A stretch of 63,274 nt of DNA, counting the filler, from Reticulomyxa filosa (lineage: Eukaryota > Protista > Foraminifera), in assembly GCA_000512085.1 (NCBI GenBank). It is 26 parts of 26 records of this genome, joined end to end, with 100 filler letters (N's around TTAATTAATTAA, not from the genome) between each part and the next. Parts side by side here need not be neighbours in the genome. Positions count along the whole stretch, not along the records: positions 49,594 to 56,199 come from ASPP01028570.1; positions 56,300 to 57,910 come from ASPP01016968.1; positions 58,011 to 59,598 come from ASPP01018190.1; positions 59,699 to 61,408 come from ASPP01007865.1; positions 61,509 to 63,274 come from ASPP01022394.1; 21 more parts are not named here. One strand, 5' to 3'. Of this stretch, positions 50,150-63,019 are shown one piece after another. The stretch's first letter is position 1; the number at the start of each line of letters is the position of its first letter. Both the position numbers and the translations under genes were made by a program. A model generated the notes under the pieces. That model was not told the origin of the DNA, made no database searches, and was given only the letters and a program-made list of their open reading frames with translations.

Positions 50150-51300
50150 CTAAAAAAAAAGATACTTCATACGATTGCATTCCTTTAGACTTAATTGCTG
50201 CAATGTCAATTGCATCTTTGGAAATTTCCTCTTATTCTGATGTCTGGATGTGATACACTGCGTCTTATCAGCTGCAAGTATCATCTTCCATTTATTCGAC
50301 CAAATGGATACTTCATCCAGACTTTGCTGCAATAATTGCAATTGATCATTCATTTCATCAATGTCATCTGTAAATATCGAGTCCAAACTGCCACGTCATA
50401 AGCAAACATTCCACATTGAATAGGTTGATGAATCACTGTTGGTAAATCGTTAACAGTAATAATATTGAGGATAAAGCAGATCCTTGGGACTCCAGTATTA
50501 AATTCCATCCAATTTGAATTTTTCATTTAATACAACTTTTCCAAGTCGATCTGACAAGATCCACCAATAATCTTCCATCTAATTTAAATTTATTTTTCAT
50601 GAATGTTATCAGGACCTTGAGCTTTGTACGCTTTGATGAATATCGGATCGCCTTCACAAGCCTTGTTATCAACTGTAGGTTTTGGCTTTGCCATAGATTC
50701 AGTGTTTCCATCATATACATGGCGAGCAGCAATCAAGACTTTGTTGCAGTAATTTCAATTCAACACATCGAACCTAATTGGTGACAAGACATGAGAATCG
50801 GAAACCAGAACAAAAGTTGAATTTCATTTAACAAGTTTTTCTTTTGAGATTTTGAAACATTAAATTTTCTTTTTAAAACTGTTTTAGATAAACACCTAAT
50901 TGTTCGATTAACAATTTGTACTTTTGTTTCGCATTATTTAGTGCCATGTCCTATTTTGGACCAGGTGCTTTTTCAACTTGCTTTTGTTTGCACTTTATTT
51001 CCTTTCCAAATGGTCCTTATTCCAATACTTTTCCATAACTAGTCCAAGATTCTACAGGAAAATATAATAATTGTTGATTATCTTGATTCCACCATAGTGT
51101 AGTTTTCCATTCTCCAAGTATTTGTCGATACAAACTCCATTTATCACTTCTTAAATTTTTTGTTTTAATTCTTTGTTTCTTAACGACAGTTATGCTTTAA
51201 TATTAAATGAATTGGAAGATCTGCTCTCCAGTCGCTGCATCATCTGTAATTGATTCAAACATAGTGTTTGCTGTTTCAAAGAGTCTAAGCGTGATCCCAA
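50150..51300 (-). mobile_element. Decayed non-LTR (LINE) retrotransposon, reverse transcriptase region
   Basis: KAPGP, GVP(Q)GSALS, VNDLP, MFAYDVAVW (YADD/FADD mutated), LQQSLDEVSIWSNKWKMILAADKTQCI, KYL; many stops and frameshifts. Confidence 0.85.
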
Positions 51301-52250
51301 AGTGATCATTTGATCCCCTCTTAGCTCCGCGGATTAGATACAAAAGCCATCAACCCAAAAAGCTTTGAAGAATAAATTGAAATTATCTTATAATGATCAT
51401 TTGATACATTTTGTCTTTATCCATACAATTTAAATTAGAATTATAGCTGCAAAGCTAAAGTTATGTTTTTTGTTGTTACTTTTGTATTTAGTACTGTATT
51501 CAAGTTTGAGTGATGTGCTTGTTTTACAATATTTTCAATTTGAATTTAACATAAAACATTCTTTCCATGAAAAAATTGTTGTCTCAATTCTATTTTCTGT
51601 AATAACATTCATTTCAGAATGTATTATTTTTTTGTTTAGTAATGTTATTATCAACAACTTCAGAAAATCTTCTCTTTCGATTTGATAAATTGTAAGATAA
51701 TAGTCTTCTATAATTTGAAAATGATTTCCCATTGTCCATATCTTTGATTGATTCTCAATTTAATTCTTCAAATTCTTGATCAATAAAATTCTTTTAAGAG
51801 CATCTAAATGATGTTATCCACTATACGTTAATTAGACTTTCTTGTTAGCACTTTCATCTATTAAAAGACTCTTTCTTTAACAGCATGTGTCTTAATTTAG
51901 TAAATTTGAATTTTTGCAGAAAAACCGACGCATATCATACCCAACAGAATTTCAATAAAAATTGACAAAATATGATCTTACAATGTCAAAAATCTATTAA
52001 AAATTTTATACAGATATAAAAAAATTTCAAGAAGTTTCTATTTGATCTTTCGCTTCTAGACTTTTTTCGATCGTTCTCGATATTTCGAAATTTCAAATAC
52101 CAATTTTTCAAAATTTCTTTAAAAAACTTTAAAATGACGAAGTATCTTGCTACTTCAAACTTTATTTCCTTCAAAATAAAACTTTTTTAACAAATGTTAA
52201 TGTACATAATGAAGTGTGCTAAAATGAAATATCAATATGCAAACTATATA

Positions 52251-52378
52251 CAGTAGGTTGCAAAGAAAACTGAATGCCTAAAACGATATCCTATGATGAT
52301 AATTGATTTTCTCCATGAAAAATCAATTATCATCATATGATATCGTTTTAGGCGTTCAGTTTTCTTTGCAACCTACTG
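52251..52378. mobile_element. 128-bp foldback MITE, Tc1/mariner-like (CAGT...ACTG ends, TA flanks)
   Basis: 60-bp inverted arms with 2 mismatches, short loop, TATA on both sides; related pieces at 5798-5866 and 29449-29473. Confidence 0.8.
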
Positions 52379-54183
52379 TATAAGTAAGTCTAAACTTGAC
52401 GGTGCAAATGTTTAAAGTCTTTAGAGTTAGAAGTAATTGAGAAAATGTTATAATGATTATAGTTTTCATTAGCAATGTGAAATTTATTCAGACTTTTCTT
52501 AGTTAACAAACTAACAACAAAACTGACAAATAGCAAACATTTTTTAGATTCTAGTAAAAATTTTTTTTGCAAATCAGACAAATATTGGACCTTTTTGGTG
52601 CGTTCTTCACAAAGAGACACTATTAAATGCACATATTCAATTGTAATTGAAAAAAGTTTTCATATGAAAGAAAAAATGCATTGCGTATATCGAGGCAACT
52701 GGGTAGTTAAATGACTGTCTGTTCTTTTACAAAATAAACTAAATGTTTGAACTGAGAATTATGAAAATGACGTGGAAAAATGTCATGTCCAAATATTGAA
52801 AAAAAATCTAATGATATCTTTATGTTGTAAACCTGAAAGATTTATTTAAGTGCCCCAATGACACAATTTATCTAACCACTGTACTTAATTACTTTTCAAA
52901 AAGGGAAAAAACATAAAATGGAATTAACACTTTTTGAGGAACTGCCACGATTTTGTTTACTTGTTTCCGAATAAAGAAGGATATTACTTTCCTTTGCAAC
53001 AATACAATAATGTTTCAAAAGGTTTTTGACATGCATTGAATAATTTCCTTTTTTTTAACTAATATTATTATGATTTCTTCTTTGAATATCTTCAAAAAAA
53101 GAAATGCAGTGATACGAAAGTTGGTCAAACAGGTAAAAGCTTATGAGTCAATTTGGAGTGGAAAAAACAGATATCATTACAATTTGTTCAGACAATAGTT
53201 CACTCACGAATACTCAACAAAGAAATTTGCCAGAGCAGGCTCAACAGGAAAAACAGAAAAATTAAAAAATGGAATAGACCCCTTTTTAACAGTAGTTTTG
53301 AGGACACAATTTTTCTTTTCATTCGGATGATTCGACGACTTTTGAATCGTCAAATTACAATGAAATGTTCAAAAAAGTTTAATTAATTTCGTTTTTCCAA
53401 AGGGATTTGTGGAATACAAATATTTTTATTTCTTTTTCATTTTGTTAATGTCTTTAAAATAGTACCATATAAAAACAAAAATCTGAAACAGGGGGTTACA
53501 AAGGATGTAGTTCAATTTTTTTTATTTTCGTAGCTGTAATGTTTTTTTTTTGTAACAAACTAAAAAATTTTTTTCCTTGACTACTCTTGTTAGTGAACAT
53601 GTATAATGCCTTCTTGTGACCAAAAGTAAAGTTTTTAGTTTTTCTTTGTTCAACTTAAGTTAACAGTACAACACTGTTGAAAATAATTATACAGCTACAA
53701 TAGATTCACAAACAGAAGACAATAATTTATAAACAAAGCTTGATTTGATGTATTTTGTCAATAGTAACGATCAAACCTAATTATAACCCATATCACAGAA
53801 ATCTTTTTTTGAAGATGAATTTTTGAAATGTTAGTGCGACTTTACGTCACAAAGAGAAAACGATTATTTTTTTATTGCACGTAAATTAGCACTTCACTTA
53901 TATTAATAAAAATAGCAATCAACTCAAAACAAATAAAAAACAGCTTCGGAGCTTATTGATATGTTCTGCAAATATTTGTGTTTTTGGCAATAAAAATTTA
54001 TATTTCAATAAACTAAATTATTTTTCACTCCAATAAAACTTCATTTGGCCAATGTCACAAAATAATGCGTAGAAATTTCAACAATATTTTTCAATAAATG
54101 TTTCAGATTTATTTCTTTTTTTTTCCAATTCGAAAGGTAAAAGCAAAAATCGGCAATGTTCAATATACGCTCGCAGAGTGCAA

Positions 54184-55032
54184 TTACAATGCATACTGAT
54201 ACAAACGATTGCCGATTTGAACATGAATTGCATTAACAACAACAGAGAACACACTGTTTAGATCGGCATTGGTACAATCTTTATTAGAAGGAGTGTTCAG
54301 CAACAAAGATATTGGATGTATACTCCATGCAAACGATAAGTGTGGCATAGCATCTTGATAATACGTTTGTAATTGAAATTTTTCCATTACTTGGTTAACA
54401 AGTTCAATAATTTCTACAATTTTTAGCTTGTCTTTTTCACGCACTAGTATACTTGCAAAATGGCGAGTCTTTTCATCATTACTGAATATCTTTAATCCAC
54501 TCAGTTCAATTTGTTGCAAGGTTGTTAATATTTTCTGCTTCTGAAGCACGTCAACCACAAATTTTATGAATGTATCAATAAATGTATTTATTTGATGAGT
54601 TCGAATAGGTTGCGAACGTGATACACTGATATGAAGAAGATTGTCATCCATTGGCTCGTCCAATAGAAAATGAATTGTTTGTGAATCAACTGATTTTGAC
54701 AAATTATTATTGCAAATACTTTTCAAAAAAGGATAAAAGTTATTACTCGCATTTATTTTTATTGGCAAGAATACATGAACATTCCAATTTCCTTCTTTGT
54801 GTCCAAAGGATCTGATTTTTCCTTGATGATCTGTGTTATCACTTTTTGGCTTGTGTGTCTCTGCTTCTTGTATCCCATTCAAAACACTCGACAAAGATGG
54901 TAACGCCATTTTTTTACGGCGTTTGGTTGGGACATTATTCGTTCCTTTTTCTTCGGTATTTTTGTTCAATAACCCTTTCTCTTCGTTATCTTCAGCAAGA
55001 AAATTTGTGAAATTTCGCTTGACGGACGACAT
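54184..55032 (-). CDS. USB1: U6 snRNA phosphodiesterase (2H family), intronless
   Basis: HQGKIRSFGHKEGNWNVHVF, two HxS motifs (LHISVSR, PHLSFAW), FSNDEKTRHF; first ATG at 55032. Confidence 0.92.
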   Translation of the reverse strand: MSSVKRNFTNFLAEDNEEKGLLNKNTEEKGTNNVPTKRRKKMALPSLSSVLNGIQEAETHKPKSDNTDHQGKIRSFGHKEGNWNVHVFLPIKINASNNFYPFLKSICNNNLSKSVDSQTIHFLLDEPMDDNLLHISVSRSQPIRTHQINTFIDTFIKFVVDVLQKQKILTTLQQIELSGLKIFSNDEKTRHFASILVREKDKLKIVEIIELVNQVMEKFQLQTYYQDAMPHLSFAWSIHPISLLLNTPSNKDCTNADLNSVFSVVVNAIHVQIGNRLYQYAL

Positions 55033-55391
55033 GAGAGAGCCACAAATTTTTCCGAGAAAGGGACTTTGTTTTACCGGATGAATTTGGACACCGCAGTGCA
55101 ACGAGTAGTCTCAATCAAAGAATATTTCAAACACCAAAGAACAGCTCAAATTTCACATAAATGTTGATTGAAACCATTTAAGTGAATCACACCAGTCAAT
55201 TTATTATTGAAATGAACTAAATCTTATTTGTGCATACACTTTAAAAAAAGAGAAAATAGTTTTTCACTTAGAAAACCCAATTGCAAATCTGACCATGAAT
55301 TATGCAAAAACAAGGAATACCAAAGGATAAAAGAAAAAAATCACCAACAATACTTTTTCATGTTTTACGTCATTTCATTTTTCTTCGTATG

Positions 55392-56090
55392 TTATGACTT
55401 GCCATTGACAACACGATTATCAGTGTCGTCAGGAGCAAGGAGACGAGCAATTTCATTCATAATTCGTCTACGAGCACGTTTGCAGTTTGATTGAATAAAA
55501 TCTAATGCACTAAAGGCCTCTTGACGGGTACGCTTATCATTTTCAGACTGACTGACATTTTTTTCAGAAGAAGAATCAAAAAATAGAGCCAACTGCCACT
55601 TGTCCTTATGATTTGGAAGGGGCAAACAACATTCATGAGGACAAACAGTGGATCGAATAGTAAGTTGGAGAATGCGGGGATCTTGTTTGCTTTGACCGAC
55701 TTGGATACAATGAATTGGAAAAGCCATAAAAATGCTGGCAAAACCGGAGTTATCTTGCGTTCGTACAAACAAAAGCAACCAATCCGGTTCTCGAACGCTA
55801 AACCAGACAGGTTTAGGTTTGGATTCATTGATTAAAACGAAACAACTGAGACAACCTGGCGCAATGTTGGCTAAAGAGACTTGTAATCGAGAATAGTATT
55901 TCCATTCGCTACGACTTTCGAATGGAAAAGAAACCAATCCTCCCAACAATTCCGACTTTAATCGAGAAATATGCAATACACTTTGGATTGACCGTCGTAT
56001 TTTTTCGACTTTTTTCAATAATTCTTTTTTTTCTTTTCGAGATAACTCTGTTACATTTCCTTCTTGTTGTGAGCTTTCGTCCATTTCCAT
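55392..56090 (-). CDS. CLEC16A/TT9/Ema-like protein, C-terminal exon
   Basis: EPD..GFASI..DPRILQLTI..LFFD..RARRRIMNEIARLL resembles the CLEC16A C-terminal region (DSRALNITI..FIFSD..QARRMKMQRIAALL). Confidence 0.6.
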   Translation of the reverse strand: MEMDESSQQEGNVTELSRKEKKELLKKVEKIRRSIQSVLHISRLKSELLGGLVSFPFESRSEWKYYSRLQVSLANIAPGCLSCFVLINESKPKPVWFSVREPDWLLLFVRTQDNSGFASIFMAFPIHCIQVGQSKQDPRILQLTIRSTVCPHECCLPLPNHKDKWQLALFFDSSSEKNVSQSENDKRTRQEAFSALDFIQSNCKRARRRIMNEIARLLAPDDTDNRVVNGKS

Positions 56091-57023
56091 TCTCTTTGAT
56101 GTTTTTTCTTTTTCTTTCTCTTTATTTCCTTTATTGTCAACTATATCGTTGTCTCTTTGTCCTTCTCTTTCTGTCTCACTTGTTTGTGTTTGTGTTTGTN
56201 NNNNNNNNNNNNNNNNNNNNNNNNNNNNNNNNNNNNNNNNNNNTTAATTAATTAANNNNNNNNNNNNNNNNNNNNNNNNNNNNNNNNNNNNNNNNNNNNA
56301 AAAAACAGAAGAAACTTAAAGCTTTTCTCAGTTTTTTTCCTTGCATTACAGTAAAATCAGGAAGGTTTCAACGTTGTCAACACGTTCTCCAACAGAAAAA
56401 GGAGAATTTAAAAAAACAACATTATGACAAAAAAAAAAGGTTGACCTTGCAAATTTCACAAAAGGAATAAATAATGAAAAAAGTTTCCATTCAATCTGTC
56501 CTTTTCCGCCATGAGGCAACATGAAAACTGCCTCCACTTCAATGGCATGAACAACAAAGACAAAACAATATTGCACCTTTCCGAACAAAATTGAAAAGGG
56601 TTGAGAAAAACAGAAGAAAAAAAAAAAAGTGTGACTCGAAAAAAAAAAATTTCCGGCAAAAATCGTACATCTTTTTCGTCATAGCCAATTTTGCTTTATG
56701 TTCAAAAAAAAAAAGGAGGGTATCATGTAGCACACATATAAAAGCATCTCCCAAATCAAAAACAAAACAAAACAAAAGCCTCACCATATACATACACACA
56801 TTTCTTTTCATACGTGCACAGCATTTACATCAAAGAGACCCAGCTCAATTGTTTTTTTTTTGTTTTTTTTTTTTTGCAATGTATTAGCCCTTTGTATTTC
56901 GACTTGAATCATTCCGACTGATTTTATTATTATTATTATTAATTACTAATTATTATTTTAAAGTGTTGTGTTAAAAAGTGACACAGAGAAGGGGGGGGGG
57001 GACCACGTGCGATCGCAACACGT

Positions 57024-57758
57024 TTACAATGTCAATGGGTCATTGCTGTCACGATTCTTGTCACATCGACGCGTGTTATCGGCCTGTTTGCACGAAGCGT
57101 TAACCGTTTGTGTTTGCACATCCACATCGGTGGTGGTGGTGGTGGTGGTGGTGGTGGAAGAGGGTGTAGTTGTTGTGGCAAGGCCAACAGCAGCAACGTC
57201 ACACTTCTTTATAGTTTGTTCCTCCAAAGAAATTTGCTGGAGTATTTTTTGCGCTTCTTCGTCATTGGTATCACTGAACATACTAATGTCTGCTTTTTCA
57301 AAGCGATCTTGCGCTTCGATTCGTTGCAACGCATTTTCATATTGCAAATCTTCTTCTTCTGCTTCTGCTTCTGCTTCTGCTTCTTCTTTTTGCTTTTGTT
57401 CTGCAACTTGTGACAATGCGATTTTTTTCATAATGTGACTAATGTGCAAGTCATTGTACGATTTGCTGTGTCCCTTATCTGACGCTATTTCCACCAGTTC
57501 CAACGGGAACGACGACGCCTGCTTAATGCCGATGCGCGAGATGCGTGCACAGCACAAAATCCTCTCGGGCAGCTCGTCGTCCGAGTGTCCTTCGATTACA
57601 AATCCGATATCGTACACCATATTGTCGATCAAGTCTTTTATGTACGACAGGCCCTTCCTCGCCGGGAACCCGAACAAATGCGAGTCAATGTCCGCCGCAA
57701 AGTATTTCCCCGGCTCGTGATAAAACGTGCTCGACGTCCGCGCCAAAAATGGTTTCCC
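57024..57758 (-). CDS. DUF1336 / EDR2 C-terminal-like domain protein, last exon
   Basis: KPFLARTSSTFY..YFAADIDSHLFGFPARKGL..DIGFVIEGHSDDELPERILCCARI. Confidence 0.8.
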   Translation of the reverse strand, partial: GKPFLARTSSTFYHEPGKYFAADIDSHLFGFPARKGLSYIKDLIDNMVYDIGFVIEGHSDDELPERILCCARISRIGIKQASSFPLELVEIASDKGHSKSYNDLHISHIMKKIALSQVAEQKQKEEAEAEAEAEEEDLQYENALQRIEAQDRFEKADISMFSDTNDEEAQKILQQISLEEQTIKKCDVAAVGLATTTTPSSTTTTTTTTTDVDVQTQTVNASCKQADNTRRCDKNRDSNDPLTL

Positions 57759-58089
57759 TGGATTATTGTTGCATTTGTTTCAAACATATATAATAATAAT
57801 AATAATAATAATAATGAGGTCCCCACATAAACACCAAAATAATTATTTCACTTCAAACATGTGTGTGTGTGTGTGGAGACCCCTTTTTTTTTTTTTTTTT
57901 TTTTTTTGTTNNNNNNNNNNNNNNNNNNNNNNNNNNNNNNNNNNNNNNNNNNNNTTAATTAATTAANNNNNNNNNNNNNNNNNNNNNNNNNNNNNNNNNN
58001 NNNNNNNNNNATATATATACATATATACATATATATATATATATGTATATATATCATATATATGTATATATATATAAAGTGTGCTAATT

Positions 58090-58910
58090 GCAAACCTCAT
58101 CTGGTTTCAATGGAGGATATTTCCAAGAACGTGATAAATGCATTTGAGATTCTCGAGTGGAGTTGGTGATCAGCACAAACGCCGATGTCTGTGTGCTGGC
58201 ATTGGTTGAATTCATTGCAGCTGCAAGTTGTTGGATTTGTACAGGAAACACCCACCTGGGCGTCAATCCTTTCACACTGCTACTGTCGCACAGTCGATTG
58301 CAAGCGTCTGAAAAATTGCTCAATGTTGAAAGTGTAAAGTTACTTTCAGTCTTGTTTTTCGTTCGATTTGTCCATTTTATTGTGCTGTCATCCATTATTA
58401 TCTTTTTTATTTATTTGTTTGTTTCTTTGTTTGTTTCTTTGTTTGTTTATTTGTTTGCCCCCCCCCCCCCCCTTTTTTTGCCACGGACAATGACAATTAA
58501 CAAACCAAGTCCATTTCTCCAGTTTGTGTTTCGGCGATTTTGAGAAATACAAGACCTGTTTGACTGAAGGACGACAGTAGAAACCTAGTTTCAAAAATTG
58601 CATTTTTTTTTGAAAAAATAAAAATAAAATTAAATTTATAAAAATGAACAATAAAGAGCTTTGATATGTATGATGCCAATGTGTAAAATGGTGAAGAACG
58701 TAACGCGATGAAGCTGACAATAATGATTACTGTTGTCCCTCCGAGCACGACCGATTGTATTCGTCTTTTTATTTCGGCTTGCACAAATGTCCATGTAAAC
58801 GCTAGTAACGCTTTCCAAGACTTCAGTGCAAGATATATTGCATGACAAAAAGACGATCTTACGGGAGAATTCGACTCGTTTGATTCTGAATCCGTGTCGT
58901 GAAACGTCAT
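58090..58910 (-). CDS. FtsX/MacB-like permease family membrane protein, N-terminal exons
   Basis: EIKRR..VLGGTTVIIIVSFIAL; FLKIAETQTGEMDL; GLTPRW; LSRSWKYPPL. Resembles protist FtsX-like permeases. Confidence 0.6.
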
Positions 58911-60707
58911 TATATACAGATTTTGCACTTTGGAACTGATTCTTGCGTCACTACAAAAAAGTTCACGACGCATAACCCGTCTGTGGTTTGATGTACTACA
59001 CAAACACAGCACTTCCGTAGGAATAGAGAAATTTCGAGTATTTGTGTAAATTTATCTGTCGCACAAGATAGTTATGCGTCAAGAGTAATTCATCAATGAT
59101 TGCAAAGAAAATCTTCGATCTGTGAAACTATGAGAAGGAAATACTTACAATTGGGACATAGATTTTAAATTGTTCACGCAATTGTGAAATAATTTATTTC
59201 GAGAGTATTTGTTAAAAAATAAAAGGCATTACATTTATCCAAATAGTGAACATATAAACACTTCAAAGCAATCTAAAGAAAACGTTTTTTTTTTGTTTTT
59301 TCCGGTCAAAAATGTGTTCTCGAAGAGAGATTATTTTCAGTTTGCAAAACAAATTAAGTCCTTTGCAAAGTTGTCGAAGGGAGGGTCAAGACGGTGTTGT
59401 TGATGTGTGAATTAACTTAAAATAAGTTCAAATGCAATTAAAAAGGTCTTGTTGGTCGCGGGTTATCAACAAACAGCCTTTATTAAATGCGCGATTTCAA
59501 TTTCTCCAGCGCAAAAACCTTAGTTTTCATGTTCGACTCTCTCAACAAAGGGTCTAGAAAGGAAAAGAAAAGAGAAGGGGGGAGGGAGAGGAAGAAAGNN
59601 NNNNNNNNNNNNNNNNNNNNNNNNNNNNNNNNNNNNNNNNNNTTAATTAATTAANNNNNNNNNNNNNNNNNNNNNNNNNNNNNNNNNNNNNNNNNNNNAA
59701 AAACATTACATTAAAAAAAAAAATTACTAGTATTGTCATTTGTTTTTCTCTATTCAACAATAGTATACGTGTTTTGAGTAAAAGCTATTCAAAGCCTAAT
59801 TGGTTTTTTTTTTTTGTCAACGCAATACCCATCAAAAAGAAACTCTGGTGGTCAAAAAAAAAGGGCAAAAGTGCATTACTTGTATTGTTTTCATTTTATT
59901 TTATTTTTTTTTAGGACTTTTTTATATTCAAACAATATCCGCAAAAATTGTTCCATTTTAACGTGGAGCATGTGTGTAAACAGACACGATAACAATAAAA
60001 AAATTTCAAGGGAAAAATATATAGGTGTACATGCACATATTTAATTGTTTCATTTTTTGTTTTTTTTTTTTAAGACAAACTTTGACTAATTCTGCCAGGA
60101 GTGGATAGTTGTATTGTGCCTTGATCATTTTTTTCTGGAGCTGAAGCTCCGGATGCTTGATTATCGTCGGACGTGGTGACTGAAGATTGACTGAGACTAA
60201 AACAAAAAACGAGAAAGAAGAATGATGTATATATTATCGAAAATTCTTATTGATTCCCACAATTAGCATGGGCTATGCTTGAACCTTTTCGGACCCCTTT
60301 TTCCCTTACTTTTTAAAGTTGCTCTGGGAATATCCGCTTTGTATTTGGAGGACTAACTTTTATCCACTGCATTATAATTTTTGTTCTAAAGGCTAACGAA
60401 GCAAAAAATTTTCCTTTTTAAATTAAGACGATGAAAAAAACACAGAATTTTGTAAGATATACTATTGCTTACAAACAGTTTGATTTTTGTTTTTTGAATG
60501 TAAGTCAGATATCATATTTTTTTGTAATGTTTTTTTTATCAGAATGTTTTTGTTTTAGTTTGACCAAAGCAAAAGGTAGTTTCTTTTTAAAAAAGAAGAA
60601 CCGGTTGGACGGTTAGTTAAAAGGAGTTGCTATATAAAAAAAAATGGGAGAAAAGCAATTTTTGGAGTGCAGTAGCAGCATACAAATAGAAGGAACATTG
60701 AAGAGAA

Positions 60708-61304
60708 ATGGCAAAATTTTCTAGTTTGCGATCATTTGTTGACGATTTGAATATCTATGATTGGCTCTCCTTGGTTTGTATGTTGGTGAATTTGGTTGTG
60801 TACACTCCGTTAATGTTATATTATACAAAGAAGTATATGGAACGAAGAAAAAACCCAAAACTGAATAGCTTTTATAAAAGCCGAGGGTTTAAGTTATTAT
60901 TAGTTTGGTTGCTGTCAAACTACTTTTGGATCTGTGTAAACATTCCAATTGTGTCAATGTTGGTGTTGCTAACGAATGAGTCGACAAAGAGAGCGTTGCG
61001 TTTGGTTCCAGTGGATCATAAACACGGCAACACAATGGCTGAATTTTCGTATATGATGTTTATTTCATTTTTGTTTATCAGTGGAATAGTGACCATCTTA
61101 GGAGTGAGAGTGTGGAAATTGTATTTCGACCAATGTCACTTGAGAAGTATGTTGGACTGTTTGTGGAAACAAAAGATCAATGCTGGTTTTTCCAATTGGT
61201 TTTTGTCTACCAAAACGAGTTTTGGTAGTACCTATTATGTTGTCACGCGTATTGCCATACCTGCTTATCTTATTGTCAATTGTTTCTCATTGTTATGCTC
61301 GTGA
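60708..61304 (+). CDS. Multi-pass membrane protein (possible 7TM-RGS-type N-terminus), 3' truncated
   Basis: Four hydrophobic helices and RVWKLYFD...W...NWF...FG pattern; the RGS domain itself is not in the contig. Confidence 0.5.
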   Translation: MAKFSSLRSFVDDLNIYDWLSLVCMLVNLVVYTPLMLYYTKKYMERRKNPKLNSFYKSRGFKLLLVWLLSNYFWICVNIPIVSMLVLLTNESTKRALRLVPVDHKHGNTMAEFSYMMFISFLFISGIVTILGVRVWKLYFDQCHLRSMLDCLWKQKINAGFSNWFLSTKTSFGSTYYVVTRIAIPAYLIVNCFSLLCS

Positions 61305-61508
61305 ATACACATATGCACATTGCATGTGTATATGTATATATATACATATATACATATATATGTGTATATGTGTATATATATGTATATATATGTATATATA
61401 TGTATATANNNNNNNNNNNNNNNNNNNNNNNNNNNNNNNNNNNNNNNNNNNNTTAATTAATTAANNNNNNNNNNNNNNNNNNNNNNNNNNNNNNNNNNNN
61501 NNNNNNNN

Positions 61509-63019
61509 TCACCACCACGAACAGCAACGCATTCCACTCCCGCCAAAACCTCTTCACACACGTAATTGCCATTGGCGTTCAAACACATGTACTTTGCGAA
61601 TTGGTAGATCTTAAATGCCTCTTTAAACTCACCTTTGCGTATTTTGATCAACATAAACTCAGCCAAATAACGCACGTCCACCGCCTTACTCCCATCCTTA
61701 TCGTGGTACGATAGGCCTGGCAAAGACTTGAGATTTGGCTGATTCAGCGAAATCGCCTGCGCAATGTATAGCTCGGCTTTATCGTACTCTTGTTTTTCCT
61801 CCAGCATTATGCCGTACAACAGTACACACTTTTCTTGAAACTCTTTGCATTTATTTTCCATTTCTATCGACTTTTGCATTTGTTCCGGATTGGTGGCTAC
61901 GAGTAAGCAACGCTTCAACTCCATAATCGCCTCCTCGTACTCTTGCTTTGTCCACAACACGTTGGCATGCTCGTAGCGCAAGTCCATGTCATTTGGATTC
62001 ATTTCCAATGCATTGCGAAACACAATGTGCGCCTCTTGGAATCGCCGACTGCGACTCAACAGCACGCCATACTTTAGCATCGTCTTCACGTGATCGGGCT
62101 TCATTTCCAATGCTTTTTTGAAGTGCCTTTCGCTCTCTTCAAATTCCACGCCGCATTCCATCAGCGCCTCGGCGTAGTTCAAGTGATCGGTATACGTCGT
62201 CTCTAACAATTTATTGTTATTGTTATTATCTTGTTGAGGGTTTTCTTCTAATTATTCGTATCTGCATTATCACTATCATTATTTCAATCTTGTTCATCCT
62301 TGTCCTCGTCCTCGTCCTCATTCTCAGGATCATCATCGTCATTGTCATCTTTTTTTTCGTTGTCATTTTCATCATCCCTTTCTCCTTCTCCTCTTCTTCT
62401 TCTCCTGTTTCTTCTTTTTCTTTTGCATTTCCATGTCCACCATCAACCTTTTGTTGTGGTCATTGATCAAGCGAAACAAGGCGACGTAGTAGTTCTTGCA
62501 ATCTTCATAACGCTTCATAATCGACAGCAGCTGACAGTAATGCCTCAAAATGTCTGGATGCGAGGTCTGACTTCGACGGACACTTTGCTTGAAGTACTTT
62601 TCTGCGCCATCATAGTTCATAAATCCGTACTGCAATACCATCGCCATATTGTGCTGGTAGTTGACATTATGCGGGGTTGTGTACAGCAGCTGCAAAAACT
62701 CCAAACACGCAATGCTCCAGTTGCGATTCCGATACGAGTTCACGGCCGCGAAATGCAGCTCTTCCTCGGACATGGACGCTTCTCGCTCCAGATACTTGGC
62801 CAAGCGTTGTCCGAACGCGTAATACCCGTTTTGAATTACAGGGATGTTTGGATTCATCTTTTGCGCTTTGCTCAAAAAGTACATTGATGCTTTGTATAGT
62901 CGCAATTGATACAGCACGCAGCCCAAATAGTAATGTGCAATCGACCAATTGTTCTCACAAATTATCGCAAATATATATTGCATCATCGCTTCTTCGTGTT
63001 GTTGGCATGCGTAATGCAA
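61509..63019 (-). CDS. TPR repeat protein (two blocks separated by an acidic low-complexity linker or intron)
   Basis: AHYYLGCVL, AEKYFKQS, HLNYAEAL..HFKKALEMKPDH, ALEMNPND. Confidence 0.8.

Noticed and set aside
1982-61508. Regularly recurring TTAATTAATTAA flanked by Ns, superficially like a repeat or CRISPR array
   Set aside because: It is an artificial contig spacer. Gene adjacency across these linkers carries no biological meaning, so no cross-contig gene clusters are claimed
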